Part shown: piece after piece, positions 51,675-61,091 of the stretch | How positions within the stretch are numbered: the stretch's first letter is position 1 | Layout of the letters: every line of letters begins with the position of its first letter | NCBI GenBank assembly: GCA_018660225.1 | Contig: JABJKT010000055.1 | Coordinates: 641 to 64,640 of the forward strand | Source: Kordiimonadaceae bacterium | Lineage (GTDB): Bacteria; Pseudomonadota; Alphaproteobacteria; Sphingomonadales; Emcibacteraceae | DNA length: 64,000 nucleotides | Reading direction: 5' to 3' | Position numbers and translations under genes: made by a program | The notes under the pieces: model-generated | The model's input: only the letters and a program-made list of their open reading frames with translations | Databases searched by the model: none | What the model was told of the DNA's origin: nothing

Positions 51675-54080
51675 CTATATGTTTACTTGTAGTGGTTTAT
51701 ATGATTGTTCTTGGCCGTTCATGGCATTGATAATCATATCCGGATCAACCGGCGTACGGTTGAAGTAAGTGCCTGTTGCATCTGAGATCGCACAAAGCAG
51801 TGCGGCAGCAGCGCAACCCATCGCAGGTTCACCAATACCTTTAACACCAAATGGATTTTGTGGGTCCGGTTTATTAACCGCACTCATTACCATGTTGCTT
51901 GGTACGTCAAGGATGCTTGGTGGTTTGGTCTGGTAAATTCCAACCGTGGCGCAAAGGCCATTTTGGGGATCGTAAATCATACGGTCAAGAATCGCTTCAC
52001 CAATGCCCATAACGGCACCACCGCGAAGCTGCTGTTCCAGTCCTTTCGGATGCATAACAGTACCGCAGTCAGCAACAGAATGATATTCAAGAATGTCAAT
52101 TTTGCCTGTTTCGGTATCGATCTCAATCATGCAGTAACCAGTGGCTATTCCAGGAACGCCACCTTCTTTTGGTAGTTCATCCTTCGCTGCTGAAACAAGG
52201 CCAACGCCTTTTACTATTTTCATAGCAGCTTTGGTTACATCGTTAAGGTTATCCGGATATTCAGTACCGTCCCATTCACCGCCAAGCTCAATAGCTTTAG
52301 AGCCAGCTTCTGCGAATGTCATAACCTTGGTCGCATCGGATGTGTTGAACACAGTTTCATCAGCGACATCATAATCTTCTGGTGCGCCGCCAAGTTCCTG
52401 AGCAGCCAGTCTTTGAAGCATTCCCTTCGCCTTTGTTGCCGCAACAAAATTTGTTCTTGTATTGGTAAAGGCGGAGTTACTGCCAAACTGGGCTAGGGTC
52501 CAAGGAAGTCCATGACGGCTGTCACCGTTTAGAACCACTGTATTTTCCCATGAGCATCCAAGAACTTCAGCCGCAGCACGGCTTGTTCCTGTATATGAGT
52601 AGGTACCGAGGTTACCAACGCCAGAGTGAACATAAAGTTTGCCGTCCGGGCGAATTGTGACCAAACCATCAAAGCCGTTTGAGCCAGCAGAGTGATAAGC
52701 TGTGCCAACGCCGACACCAATCACTTTGCTGCCATTACGCTGCCCGCTTAACTTCTTCTTTTCTTCCCAGTTGAAAAGCTCAGCACCCATTGTAAAGGCA
52801 TCTTTAAGGTACATACTAGTCACTGTACTGTTACGCGCTGTAAACTTAACGTCCGCGTCAGGAGCGTTTAAGTCACGAATAGCGAGACGGTCAATTCCCA
52901 GTTCCTTGGCTGCTTTATCGAGCAGAGGCTCAATAGCACAGGCCATTTGGTTTTGTCCTGGGCCACGCTGCGAAACGTGCCACGGTTTGTTGGTTACAAC
53001 AGCCGCACCACGGAAACGCATGTTTGTCGGTGTATATATAAGGGCAACCGCACCAGCCGCTGATGAATAATCACCAGAACCGCGGTTTGGACCACCACTT
53101 TGAACAATATAAAGATCGCAAGCTGTCATTTTGCCACGAGCATCAAAGCCCATTTTAATCTGACCCTGGAATCCAGGACGCGTACCACCAAGGTGATATT
53201 CTTCAGCACGTGTAACGCGGAGCATTACCGGGCGACCAATTTTCTTGGACATAAAGGCTGTCATTCCCTGAACGGCGTATGGAGATGCCTTAGCACCAAA
53301 ACCACCACCACAGAATTCTGCGATATATACAATGTCATCTACCGGCACATCCATCATTCTGGCCAGACCTGGCATCATCCAGGATTGACTTTGTGATGAA
53401 CCGTGAATGAAGCATTTTCCATTTTCCCAGTAAGAAAAGACACTGCGAGGCTCAAGTGCTTGGTGAGAGGAGCTAGCTGTTACGAATGGCTCATCAATGA
53501 TAAGCGCTGCATCTGCAAAAGCTGCATCAACATCACCTACTGTCCATTCAACAGGTGCAGCACCCATTGGCATTTTTTCTTCGCCGGCTTCGGCAAAATC
53601 ACGAGCGGTCCATTTTAGATCATGGATTGGCAAATTGCCTTCGCCGCCGCCTGTAACGTTTCCGCTTTCAAGGGCATTTGTTCCACCTGGGTAGAGGCTT
53701 TCAAGTGGATCAAGTACGAATGGCTGTGCCAAGTAAGTCACTTTGATTTTTTCAAGAGCTTCAGCAGCAATTGATTCATTCTCGGCAGCGATAGCAGCGA
53801 TTGGCATTCCAAGCTGACGAGGTTTATTCGTGAGCATTGGGTAGCCTGGCTCTTCTACTTGCGGAACTTCATCAGCTGTCAGTATGCCGAGAACACCTGG
53901 CATTGCCAGCGCTTCAGTAGCATCGAAGCTTGTGACGTCTGCGCTAGGCATAGGGCAAAGCAGCATTTTCATATAGCACATGCCTTCAGCACGGAAATCT
54001 TCGGAATATTTTCCCATTCCGGTGACTTTGGCACGTACATCATGTGGGGTAAAATCTTTACCAATTAATTTTTCAGCCAT
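51675..54080 (-). CDS. xanthine dehydrogenase-family molybdopterin-binding large subunit (PaoC-like)
   Basis: KVTGMGKYSEDF N-terminal a/b-hammerhead, GGGFG, and C-terminal GIGEPA motifs of aldehyde oxidase/XDH Moco subunits. Confidence 0.9.
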   Translation of the reverse strand: MAEKLIGKDFTPHDVRAKVTGMGKYSEDFRAEGMCYMKMLLCPMPSADVTSFDATEALAMPGVLGILTADEVPQVEEPGYPMLTNKPRQLGMPIAAIAAENESIAAEALEKIKVTYLAQPFVLDPLESLYPGGTNALESGNVTGGGEGNLPIHDLKWTARDFAEAGEEKMPMGAAPVEWTVGDVDAAFADAALIIDEPFVTASSSHQALEPRSVFSYWENGKCFIHGSSQSQSWMMPGLARMMDVPVDDIVYIAEFCGGGFGAKASPYAVQGMTAFMSKKIGRPVMLRVTRAEEYHLGGTRPGFQGQIKMGFDARGKMTACDLYIVQSGGPNRGSGDYSSAAGAVALIYTPTNMRFRGAAVVTNKPWHVSQRGPGQNQMACAIEPLLDKAAKELGIDRLAIRDLNAPDADVKFTARNSTVTSMYLKDAFTMGAELFNWEEKKKLSGQRNGSKVIGVGVGTAYHSAGSNGFDGLVTIRPDGKLYVHSGVGNLGTYSYTGTSRAAAEVLGCSWENTVVLNGDSRHGLPWTLAQFGSNSAFTNTRTNFVAATKAKGMLQRLAAQELGGAPEDYDVADETVFNTSDATKVMTFAEAGSKAIELGGEWDGTEYPDNLNDVTKAAMKIVKGVGLVSAAKDELPKEGGVPGIATGYCMIEIDTETGKIDILEYHSVADCGTVMHPKGLEQQLRGGAVMGIGEAILDRMIYDPQNGLCATVGIYQTKPPSILDVPSNMVMSAVNKPDPQNPFGVKGIGEPAMGCAAAALLCAISDATGTYFNRTPVDPDMIINAMNGQEQSYKPLQVNI

Positions 54081-54082
54081 TT

Positions 54083-54727
54083 TTATGCACTCTCCGCTGC
54101 TTTAACAATTGCGTTAATGTAATTGTTATATGCGCCACAGCGACAAAGATTGCCTGCAAGTGCATTACGCACTTCATCGCGAGTAGGATTAGGATTGCGC
54201 TGTAATAGTGAAACACCAGAGACAACTTGACCCGGAGTACAATATCCACATTGTGGAGCAAGCTCTTCGATCATGGCCTGCTGTACAGGATGAAGTTCAC
54301 CGTTAGCACCACCGACACCTTCTACTGTAACGACGCTTGCGCCGCGAACGGTATGGGTCAGGATTGAACAACTATTTTGTGTAACACCATCAATCATGAC
54401 CGTGCATGCACCACATGAACCACGGTCACAACCAATTTTTGTGCCCGTAAGGCCAAGCTTGTTACGAAGTGTCTGAGCGAGTGTTTCGTTGGGCAACACA
54501 TCCACGGGACGTGAATTGCCGTTAACGTTGATCGTTATTAGTCTTTCCACTGAGCTGGCAGCAGAACCACCTGAACTATCGGAACCGTCCGAACAACCGG
54601 TTACTAAACCTGCTGCACCGGCAACAGTACCGGCGGCGATGACGCCTTTAATGAAATTACGCCTTGATAGCGCATCTCTTTCCGTGCTCAGAGGATCGTA
54701 ACGATCTGAACTGAATTTTTTTTGCAT
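54083..54727 (-). CDS. Tat-exported (2Fe-2S)-binding small subunit with lipobox (PaoA-like)
   Basis: LSRRNFIKGVIAAGTVAGAAGLVTGC twin-arginine signal plus lipobox. Ferredoxin cluster CDRGSCGACTV and second cluster CGYCTPG...CRCG. Start set at MQKKF (54727). Confidence 0.9.
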   Translation of the reverse strand: MQKKFSSDRYDPLSTERDALSRRNFIKGVIAAGTVAGAAGLVTGCSDGSDSSGGSAASSVERLITINVNGNSRPVDVLPNETLAQTLRNKLGLTGTKIGCDRGSCGACTVMIDGVTQNSCSILTHTVRGASVVTVEGVGGANGELHPVQQAMIEELAPQCGYCTPGQVVSGVSLLQRNPNPTRDEVRNALAGNLCRCGAYNNYINAIVKAAESA

Positions 54728-55018
54728 AAAATAGTGCTCCTCCACTTTAAAATTTCTATGCTTTATCTCGCAACATATTATAGAGACATAAAAAAATGTC
54801 ACCAGTAGCTCACCAATACCAATTAAACATTTTTGGCACTGCTCGAATTACTATTGCGATGTTTTTATATCTCTTGAATATTTTTGTATTTTTTCTTGAG
54901 ATATATTTTGCCTCCCGCTATGAGGTAATGTAACTATATAACTTGAATTCTGGTAAGTCTAGATGCAAAATAGTAGGACATCAAAAAAAAGGACGCTAAA
55001 TATAGCGAAAAGACACTA

Positions 55019-55624
55019 ATGGAAGATAATAAAGACCAAATAGTTCGTCATAGTCTATTCAGCCGCATATTTCACTGGCTGATGGCTGGATGTATTCTTA
55101 CACTGCTGGCAACGGGCTTGCTGCCTGTTTTTGACATAAAGTTTGAGTGGGTCGAACCTCATTGGATTGCCGGGCTGCTTCTGACGGTCGCCGTAGTGAT
55201 ACATATTATAAGATCACTTTCCCCCAAAAAATTAAAATCCTTATGGGTTACTCCTACGGATGTTAGTGAATATATAAAGGGTAGAGGAAAAGTGAGAGGT
55301 GGAAAATATTCGCTTGAGCAAAAATTAATGCATAACGGCATTACTGTTTTCAGTCTCGTATCCCTGATAACAGGTTGGATGATGCTGCTTAAAATAGACA
55401 CGCCATTCTGGGAACGAAATCCGTTTATCTTTGAAGCAGAAACATGGGGCATTATATATGTACTTCACGGGCTATCAACATTGCTATTTGTCAGTTCCGT
55501 TATGATGCATATATATTTTTCATTAAGACCAGAAAAAGCAATGTATCTCAGATCAATGTTTAAGGGCTGGCTAACTCGAGAAGAATTTAACGAAAATCAT
55601 GACCCAGACCGCTGGGATATATAA
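55019..55624 (+). CDS. b-type dihaem cytochrome, FdnI/HyaC-like (PF01292-type)
   Basis: Four TM helices with conserved His residues (RIFHWLMAG; HWIAG...VVIHII; LMHNG; VLHG...MMHIY). Confidence 0.75.
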   Translation: MEDNKDQIVRHSLFSRIFHWLMAGCILTLLATGLLPVFDIKFEWVEPHWIAGLLLTVAVVIHIIRSLSPKKLKSLWVTPTDVSEYIKGRGKVRGGKYSLEQKLMHNGITVFSLVSLITGWMMLLKIDTPFWERNPFIFEAETWGIIYVLHGLSTLLFVSSVMMHIYFSLRPEKAMYLRSMFKGWLTREEFNENHDPDRWDI

Positions 55625-55649
55625 GCGGAACATATAAGAAAGAAAAATT

Positions 55650-56069
55650 ATGAGCGAAGAAAATAAAGAAAAATTGCGTATTTCAATTGATGGTGTTGAA
55701 AAAGGCTATGAGTTTATGCTGGCTTATGCCGCGCAAGGCAGAGATTTTGAATATACTGGCGGTGGCGGCGGACCATCTATCCGTGGTTATCTGGAAGACA
55801 TGACAAAAGGTCTTGAAACAATAGCCGATGATTTTGAAAATGAAATAAATGATGAAATCCAGTCCGGGGCTCATCTTTTTATCGATTTTGTCGATGTGCT
55901 CAGAAATGATGCCGTAAAAGCAAAAACCGCCGTGGAAATGGTTTTAGCACTGCCCTCTATCGGATCACAGGTCGTTGATAATTTAAACGCTTCAATTCAC
56001 CTGCGGGCGGTACTTACTGATCTATTTCTTGTTGATGAGGCTTTAAGTTCTCTTTCAAGAGTAGAATAA
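55650..56069 (+). CDS. hypothetical cytoplasmic protein
   Basis: 139-aa ORF 25 nt after the cytochrome b gene. No signal peptide, TM helix or recognised motif. Confidence 0.55.
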   Translation: MSEENKEKLRISIDGVEKGYEFMLAYAAQGRDFEYTGGGGGPSIRGYLEDMTKGLETIADDFENEINDEIQSGAHLFIDFVDVLRNDAVKAKTAVEMVLALPSIGSQVVDNLNASIHLRAVLTDLFLVDEALSSLSRVE

Positions 56070-56090
56070 TATTTTGCGACTATTTTTAGG

Positions 56091-57395
56091 ATGCCTATCA
56101 TGAAAGCGATTTTAGCTTTTGTTATGATCAACTTTTTCACTTTTTCCTCTGCTTGGGCGCAAGCGGACACGCAAGATGATCTGTTTCAAAAATATCAGGC
56201 CATGGTGATTGTTGAAGAAGCCAATCAGCATTGCCCGCTGCTTTCTCGTATTGAAGCGGAAGCTTTAAACGGGCAAATTGTTTTTGCCGATGCCAGCTTT
56301 TCAGGCAAACTGGATATGGTAGAAAAATTTAAAAAAGAAGCGAGAATTTATGCGCGCAGAGTGGCTTGCAATGCGCCTGATATCTTAGGACTTATTGGGA
56401 TAGCCCGCCAGGAAGCTGGCGATTCAATGATTAATCACTTGCTTCTTTCCAGGCAAATTCATTTACTAGATCTGCAAGACAGGATCGATGGCAAAATCGC
56501 TCGTGGATTGCTGCTTGATTATTTAATTGATGACGAATGGAAGCTCATTGATGAACTTTATGACGATGTGCATGAAAATTACCTGAAGCAGGCTGACGAA
56601 GAAGCATGGGATAGTTATATAGACTCTATCGATAAAGTCGCTGGTGATAAAAAAGCCGAGAAATATTTAGGCAATGAAAAAATAATAGAAACGGGTGCTG
56701 CTGGAAATTTTGAAACAGTCCAGGCAACGGCAACCAACCGAGAGATAACCAGTTATTATTATAATTTAGAGAAAACCACGCGCGCGTTTATTGATGGAGC
56801 AACGGCTGAAGATAAAGGATATCCTTATAGCAGGCCAGCCAACGATTTTACAAAATGGACAGCGTTTCGCCCTCGCGCGGCTGATCTTAACTGGGTTGTG
56901 TCTTACCCCGGCTGCGGCGGCAATCAAACGGAAGTGAAATGCACATTATTTACCAACCAGAAAAATGAAATCGGCGTGGTGCTTCAGGGGGATGTGGGTA
57001 GCGTAACCCTGAATTTCAGAAGCCCTGATAATCAGGAAATTTTTAAAGCCAATAAAGCCGTTGAAGGGCCGATTGGCAGTAATGAACTAAACGAAAATAA
57101 TATGAACGAAAATGCCGAACTTATGGATAGCTCAAATACTAAAAATACGGTTAGTGCTAGATTAAGTACTGAGTATGAACTGTTAAGGGCGCAGACAGGC
57201 GCAGATATAAGTGAAAATTCAGCCGTATATATGTTCCCTGAGCAAACATTGGCGACACTTGAAAAACTTCATAAAAATGACGTGGTTAAATTAACGGTCG
57301 AAATAAAATCCGAGGGCGGTAATAATGAATGGGTAAGCATAATGCCCTTTCATAATTATCACCGTGCGAAAAATTGGGCTTATACTACGCAATAG
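56091..57395 (+). CDS. secreted hypothetical protein
   Basis: 434-aa ORF with a Sec signal (FFTFSSAWAQAD). 21 nt after the previous ORF. No family recognised. Confidence 0.6.
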   Translation: MPIMKAILAFVMINFFTFSSAWAQADTQDDLFQKYQAMVIVEEANQHCPLLSRIEAEALNGQIVFADASFSGKLDMVEKFKKEARIYARRVACNAPDILGLIGIARQEAGDSMINHLLLSRQIHLLDLQDRIDGKIARGLLLDYLIDDEWKLIDELYDDVHENYLKQADEEAWDSYIDSIDKVAGDKKAEKYLGNEKIIETGAAGNFETVQATATNREITSYYYNLEKTTRAFIDGATAEDKGYPYSRPANDFTKWTAFRPRAADLNWVVSYPGCGGNQTEVKCTLFTNQKNEIGVVLQGDVGSVTLNFRSPDNQEIFKANKAVEGPIGSNELNENNMNENAELMDSSNTKNTVSARLSTEYELLRAQTGADISENSAVYMFPEQTLATLEKLHKNDVVKLTVEIKSEGGNNEWVSIMPFHNYHRAKNWAYTTQ

Positions 57396-57421
57396 ATAAC
57401 AGATATTAAAAAGGTGCAGAT

Positions 57422-58333
57422 ATGAAACAGTTAAAAATAATGGTGATGGTGCCGGTTTTCTTAATGCTATTGATCGGTGGCGCATTGGCGCAAGCTGAGT
57501 ATACCACCAAACATACAGTGATGGCCGATGGTCACCCGATGGCCGTTTGGGAAAAATCTATCGATAACCCGAAAGGCATTATTCTGCTGCATCATGGCCG
57601 CACCTGGAGTTCACTTCCTGATTTTGATTTGCAGGTTGAAGGCGAGGAACTGTCCCTTATGGACGGTTTTAATGAGCGTGGGTATTCGGTTTGGGCGATG
57701 GACGCACGTGGCTACGGCGGATCACCCCGCGATGATACAGGTTGGAACACACCAAACAGATCAGCAGAAGATATCTCAATTGTTCTTAATTGGTTGAGTG
57801 AGAGGACCGGCGAAAAAATTCATCTTTGGGGCTGGTCAATGGGTTCAATGCTTGGCCACTTGGCAGCGCAGCAATATCCACAAAATATCAAGAGCTTAAC
57901 ATTATTCGGTTTCCCAATCCCAAAAGGTGCGAAATATCCTGAAGATATTCCGGGTACTGAAGCGCCCCAAGAGAAAACAACGGCAGAGGCTGCGGCTAGC
58001 GATTTCTTAGTGCCAGACTCCATTAGTCAAAAAGCCATAGATGAATATATCAGACACTCGCTGGAAGCGGACCCAGCGCGTATGGATTGGCATTACCAGC
58101 ATCAATATAATGAAATTGATGGAAGCAAATTACCGATGCCGGTATTACTGATGGAAGGCGAGTATGATCCGCTTACCCATGATGATGCCTATGCAGATTT
58201 ATTTATGAAGCTCCCTAATGCCAATAAACAATGGATTGTTTTAAAAGACGGTGACCATGCGGCGCTACTTGAAAAATCCAGAGGAAAACTAATCGACGCG
58301 TCGATCAATTTTATCGAATGGCTTGAAAAGTAA
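57422..58333 (+). CDS. secreted alpha/beta hydrolase
   Basis: Sec signal (LLIGGALAQAE). HHGRTWS oxyanion region, nucleophile elbow GWSMGS, C-terminal DGDH. Confidence 0.75.
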   Translation: MKQLKIMVMVPVFLMLLIGGALAQAEYTTKHTVMADGHPMAVWEKSIDNPKGIILLHHGRTWSSLPDFDLQVEGEELSLMDGFNERGYSVWAMDARGYGGSPRDDTGWNTPNRSAEDISIVLNWLSERTGEKIHLWGWSMGSMLGHLAAQQYPQNIKSLTLFGFPIPKGAKYPEDIPGTEAPQEKTTAEAAASDFLVPDSISQKAIDEYIRHSLEADPARMDWHYQHQYNEIDGSKLPMPVLLMEGEYDPLTHDDAYADLFMKLPNANKQWIVLKDGDHAALLEKSRGKLIDASINFIEWLEK

Positions 58334-58336
58334 GTC

Positions 58337-59152
58337 TTACTGATAGACGAGATAAAGCAGGCCAATTCCTAGCAGCACCCTATAAATGACAAAGGGTGTC
58401 ATGGAAGAGCGCTCAAGCCATTTCATCAAGACAGAAATAGCAATTAAGGCGGAGATAAGTGAAAGTCCCGCTCCCCATAAAAGCTGAACTATTGAGATTT
58501 GTAGTTCAGTTTCGCTCGTCGCAATATTAATCACCTGCAATGTTGCGGCGGCTAGAATTGTCGGTATGGACATCAGCATTGAAAAACGTGCGGCACAAGT
58601 TCTTGAAAACCCCAGTCCCCGAGCAGCTGTCATTGTAATGCCAGAACGGCTTGTGCCTGGAATAAGAGATAACACCTGTGCAAGGCCGATGATAAGGGCA
58701 TGACCGTAGCGTATATCGGCCATCTTTATTTTGACAGGTGATTTTTTATCGTACCAATAAAGCAAAATGCCAAATATAATCGAAGCCCAACCGATAATTT
58801 CTAAGGTTCTCATTGTGTCCGGAATTCCAAATTTCGAGGCCAGTCCGCCAATGATAATGATCGGGATGGTCGAAAGTACTACGGCTAGCATTAAGTGCCG
58901 TTCAGAGTGATTATAGTCTTCTCTAAGCAGCAGCATTTGGCCAAAAGCATGGAACATACGCCCAACATCTTTTCTGAAATAAAGAATTACCGCCATCAAT
59001 GTCCCCACATGAACACCTACATCCATCATTATGCCCTGATCGGGCCAGTCGGTGAGGGCGGGGACTAGTATCAGATGACCAGATGAACTAATGGGTAAAA
59101 ATTCGGTGATGCCCTGAACAACGGCGAGGACGATGATTTGTAATAAGGTCAA
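58337..59152 (-). CDS. uppP: undecaprenyl-diphosphate phosphatase
   Basis: VQGITEFLPISSSGHLIL and PGTSRSGITMTA signature motifs of UppP/BacA. Confidence 0.9.
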   Translation of the reverse strand: MTLLQIIVLAVVQGITEFLPISSSGHLILVPALTDWPDQGIMMDVGVHVGTLMAVILYFRKDVGRMFHAFGQMLLLREDYNHSERHLMLAVVLSTIPIIIIGGLASKFGIPDTMRTLEIIGWASIIFGILLYWYDKKSPVKIKMADIRYGHALIIGLAQVLSLIPGTSRSGITMTAARGLGFSRTCAARFSMLMSIPTILAAATLQVINIATSETELQISIVQLLWGAGLSLISALIAISVLMKWLERSSMTPFVIYRVLLGIGLLYLVYQ

Positions 59153-59164
59153 AATATATTCCCC

Positions 59165-59707
59165 TTATTCATCATCCATCACATCATTATGAAGCAGCAG
59201 GGCGATCCGTGCCATACGTTTCATGGAATTAGCCGATAGTGTTGAGCCGGAAATACCGTTTATTGGCTTATCCAGTTGTGTACTTTCAGTAATCGATGCA
59301 CCGTAATATTGGGCGCGGTGTTGACGGTTTTGAATTTCGTGGCCGCGACTTTCACGGTAAGTGAGCACGCTGACATCTTCGATTTTACCGTCTTCCACAA
59401 CAACTCCGGCCGTGATGGGCATAGTGCGCGCGACGCTTTCAAGAACCCAAAGAGTTCTGTTTCCTTTACGCCAATAACGGTAACGAACGGGTGTGCTTTC
59501 GACACCATTAATTACTTCATTAATGTTATCGCGAAGATCACCAATGACCCAAATAGTGGCCTTTGGTGGTGTGTCGCCGTCAAAAAAACCTTTTACATAT
59601 TCACTTGTTCGCTTAAAGACGCGGTCGGCCGGTTTAAAAGTGCTCTGGGCCGATGCCGACAGTATGCTGATAAGTAGAAAACCAGTGATTATGCTAATAA
59701 GTTTCAT
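59165..59707 (-). CDS. exported FMN-binding-domain protein (ApbE flavinylation substrate type)
   Basis: Sec signal (ISILSASAQS). PINGISGSTLSANS matches the [ST]G[AS]T flavinylation motif of NqrC/RnfG-type FMN_bind domains. Confidence 0.75.
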   Translation of the reverse strand: MKLISIITGFLLISILSASAQSTFKPADRVFKRTSEYVKGFFDGDTPPKATIWVIGDLRDNINEVINGVESTPVRYRYWRKGNRTLWVLESVARTMPITAGVVVEDGKIEDVSVLTYRESRGHEIQNRQHRAQYYGASITESTQLDKPINGISGSTLSANSMKRMARIALLLHNDVMDDE

Positions 59708-59718
59708 CTTTTTCTTTC

Positions 59719-60990
59719 TTAGAACTGTAAGCCCATTCCCAGATTAAATCTGTTATCTTCTTTGGAAACATTGGCATAATTATCAATTTGATAATCTGCT
59801 TTTAGCACAACATTCTGATGAGGCCAATAGTTTACGCCGAAAGATGTTTGTTTGTTTTCAGTATTAATGACACTTCCTGCCTCATTATCCCACATACTGT
59901 AGCGGGCAAATACGCCAATAGCGTGACCATTATCAAGGTTGTGCTTGAAAGAAGGCTCAAGATACCAGCCGCGCTGTATGTCTTTACCGAGCAGTTCTGC
60001 TTCATTACTATCCAAATTCCACTGTGCATAAAGGGCGCGAAAACCTAATTCATTTTTCGTAGAAACCTGATGCTTAATGTCTGCATGGGCGGTAAATAAT
60101 GTCGCGGATGTTGGCTCGCTTGAGGCTTGCGTGAGGTCGCTTTGATATTGTACGGACGCGCCAAGTTTAACGCCAGCAATTGGCATCCAGGTCAAACGTC
60201 CCGTATAAGCGGCATTTTTCCATGTTGCTTTGGCCACTTTTTGACGGCCGCTTCTTATATCAAATGCTTTTGAGCTATCCGATATCGGTGTTTCAAGACC
60301 AGAATGGATCATGGCGTCATAACGGATTGTTTCACCGAGATTGCCGGAAAATTTTACGCCGGCTTCCCACCACGTGGCAGGGATAATGTTTTTCTCAACA
60401 TTGTTTCGCTCAACACCGTAAAATGTTGGTGGTTCATGGGTTTCATTCATAATGCCGACAGGCACGAGCTGTAAGCCTACGGTTGCTGTTGTTATTTCGG
60501 TCATGTCAAATTCGAGGAATGCCTGTTCTAGCTCAACTTCGCCGGGCTTTCCGTTACCGGACAGGGAATGCTCTACTTCCAGTTCACTAAAGAAACGAAT
60601 GCTGTCATTAAATTCATGGCTCGTGAAAAGAACGAAGCGGTGAAAATCAATCTGGTCCGTCTCACCGGCATTATAATGAAGCTCACCATATCCACCGATA
60701 GAGGTAGGGGATGAGGATCTACCGGCGCTCGTATCAAGAACTTCTTCCATTGCCATAACGGTTGCTTCAACCTTTTGGCCTGTCTCTTCCACTTTTTCAG
60801 TGGTCTGTGTCACGGCCTGAGTTGTCTCGCCCAGAAGCTTTTCCATCCGGGAAATCTGCTCTTGTTGTTTTTGGATCATTTCCCACATTTCAGCTTGTGA
60901 CGGCATTTCCTGTGCGAAGGATGAAGAGGCCGCCAGTAACATTGATAATGTTAAAAGTGAGCTTGCAGTTTTTAATTTAGAGCTTTTCAT
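59719..60990 (-). CDS. outer-membrane porin (porin O/P-like) with N-terminal coiled-coil
   Basis: Sec signal (AASSSFAQE), a heptad-rich segment, alternating beta-strand pattern, and a C-terminal ...GMGLQF aromatic terminus. Confidence 0.7.
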   Translation of the reverse strand: MKSSKLKTASSLLTLSMLLAASSSFAQEMPSQAEMWEMIQKQQEQISRMEKLLGETTQAVTQTTEKVEETGQKVEATVMAMEEVLDTSAGRSSSPTSIGGYGELHYNAGETDQIDFHRFVLFTSHEFNDSIRFFSELEVEHSLSGNGKPGEVELEQAFLEFDMTEITTATVGLQLVPVGIMNETHEPPTFYGVERNNVEKNIIPATWWEAGVKFSGNLGETIRYDAMIHSGLETPISDSSKAFDIRSGRQKVAKATWKNAAYTGRLTWMPIAGVKLGASVQYQSDLTQASSEPTSATLFTAHADIKHQVSTKNELGFRALYAQWNLDSNEAELLGKDIQRGWYLEPSFKHNLDNGHAIGVFARYSMWDNEAGSVINTENKQTSFGVNYWPHQNVVLKADYQIDNYANVSKEDNRFNLGMGLQF

Positions 60991-61048
60991 TTTACTTCCA
61001 GTGGTTTCTTTTATAACGTGCGATAATATGTATGTTTATTGTTGCTAT

Positions 61049-61063
61049 TAATAATTATTATTA
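61049..61063. promoter_or_regulatory. perfect 7-1-7 palindrome TAATAAT-T-ATTATTA (Fur-box-like), copy 1
   Basis: Read directly. Compare the Fur 7-1-7 consensus TGATAAT-N-ATTATCA (6/7 per half-site). Centre is ~66 bp from the porin ATG. Confidence 0.45.
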
Positions 61064-61076
61064 ATATAGTTGCTTT

Positions 61077-61091
61077 TAATAATGATTATTA
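61077..61091. promoter_or_regulatory. perfect 7-1-7 palindrome TAATAAT-G-ATTATTA (Fur-box-like), copy 2
   Basis: Read directly, 28 bp from copy 1. Centre is ~62 bp from the apbE ATG at 61146. Confidence 0.45.

Noticed and set aside
54866-54905. 8-bp inverted repeat TATATCTC-N24-GAGATATA in the divergent region between the molybdoenzyme and cytochrome b operons.
   Set aside because: Short arms in AT-rich DNA with a long spacer are easily expected by chance. It is possibly an operator but is not supportable from sequence alone.
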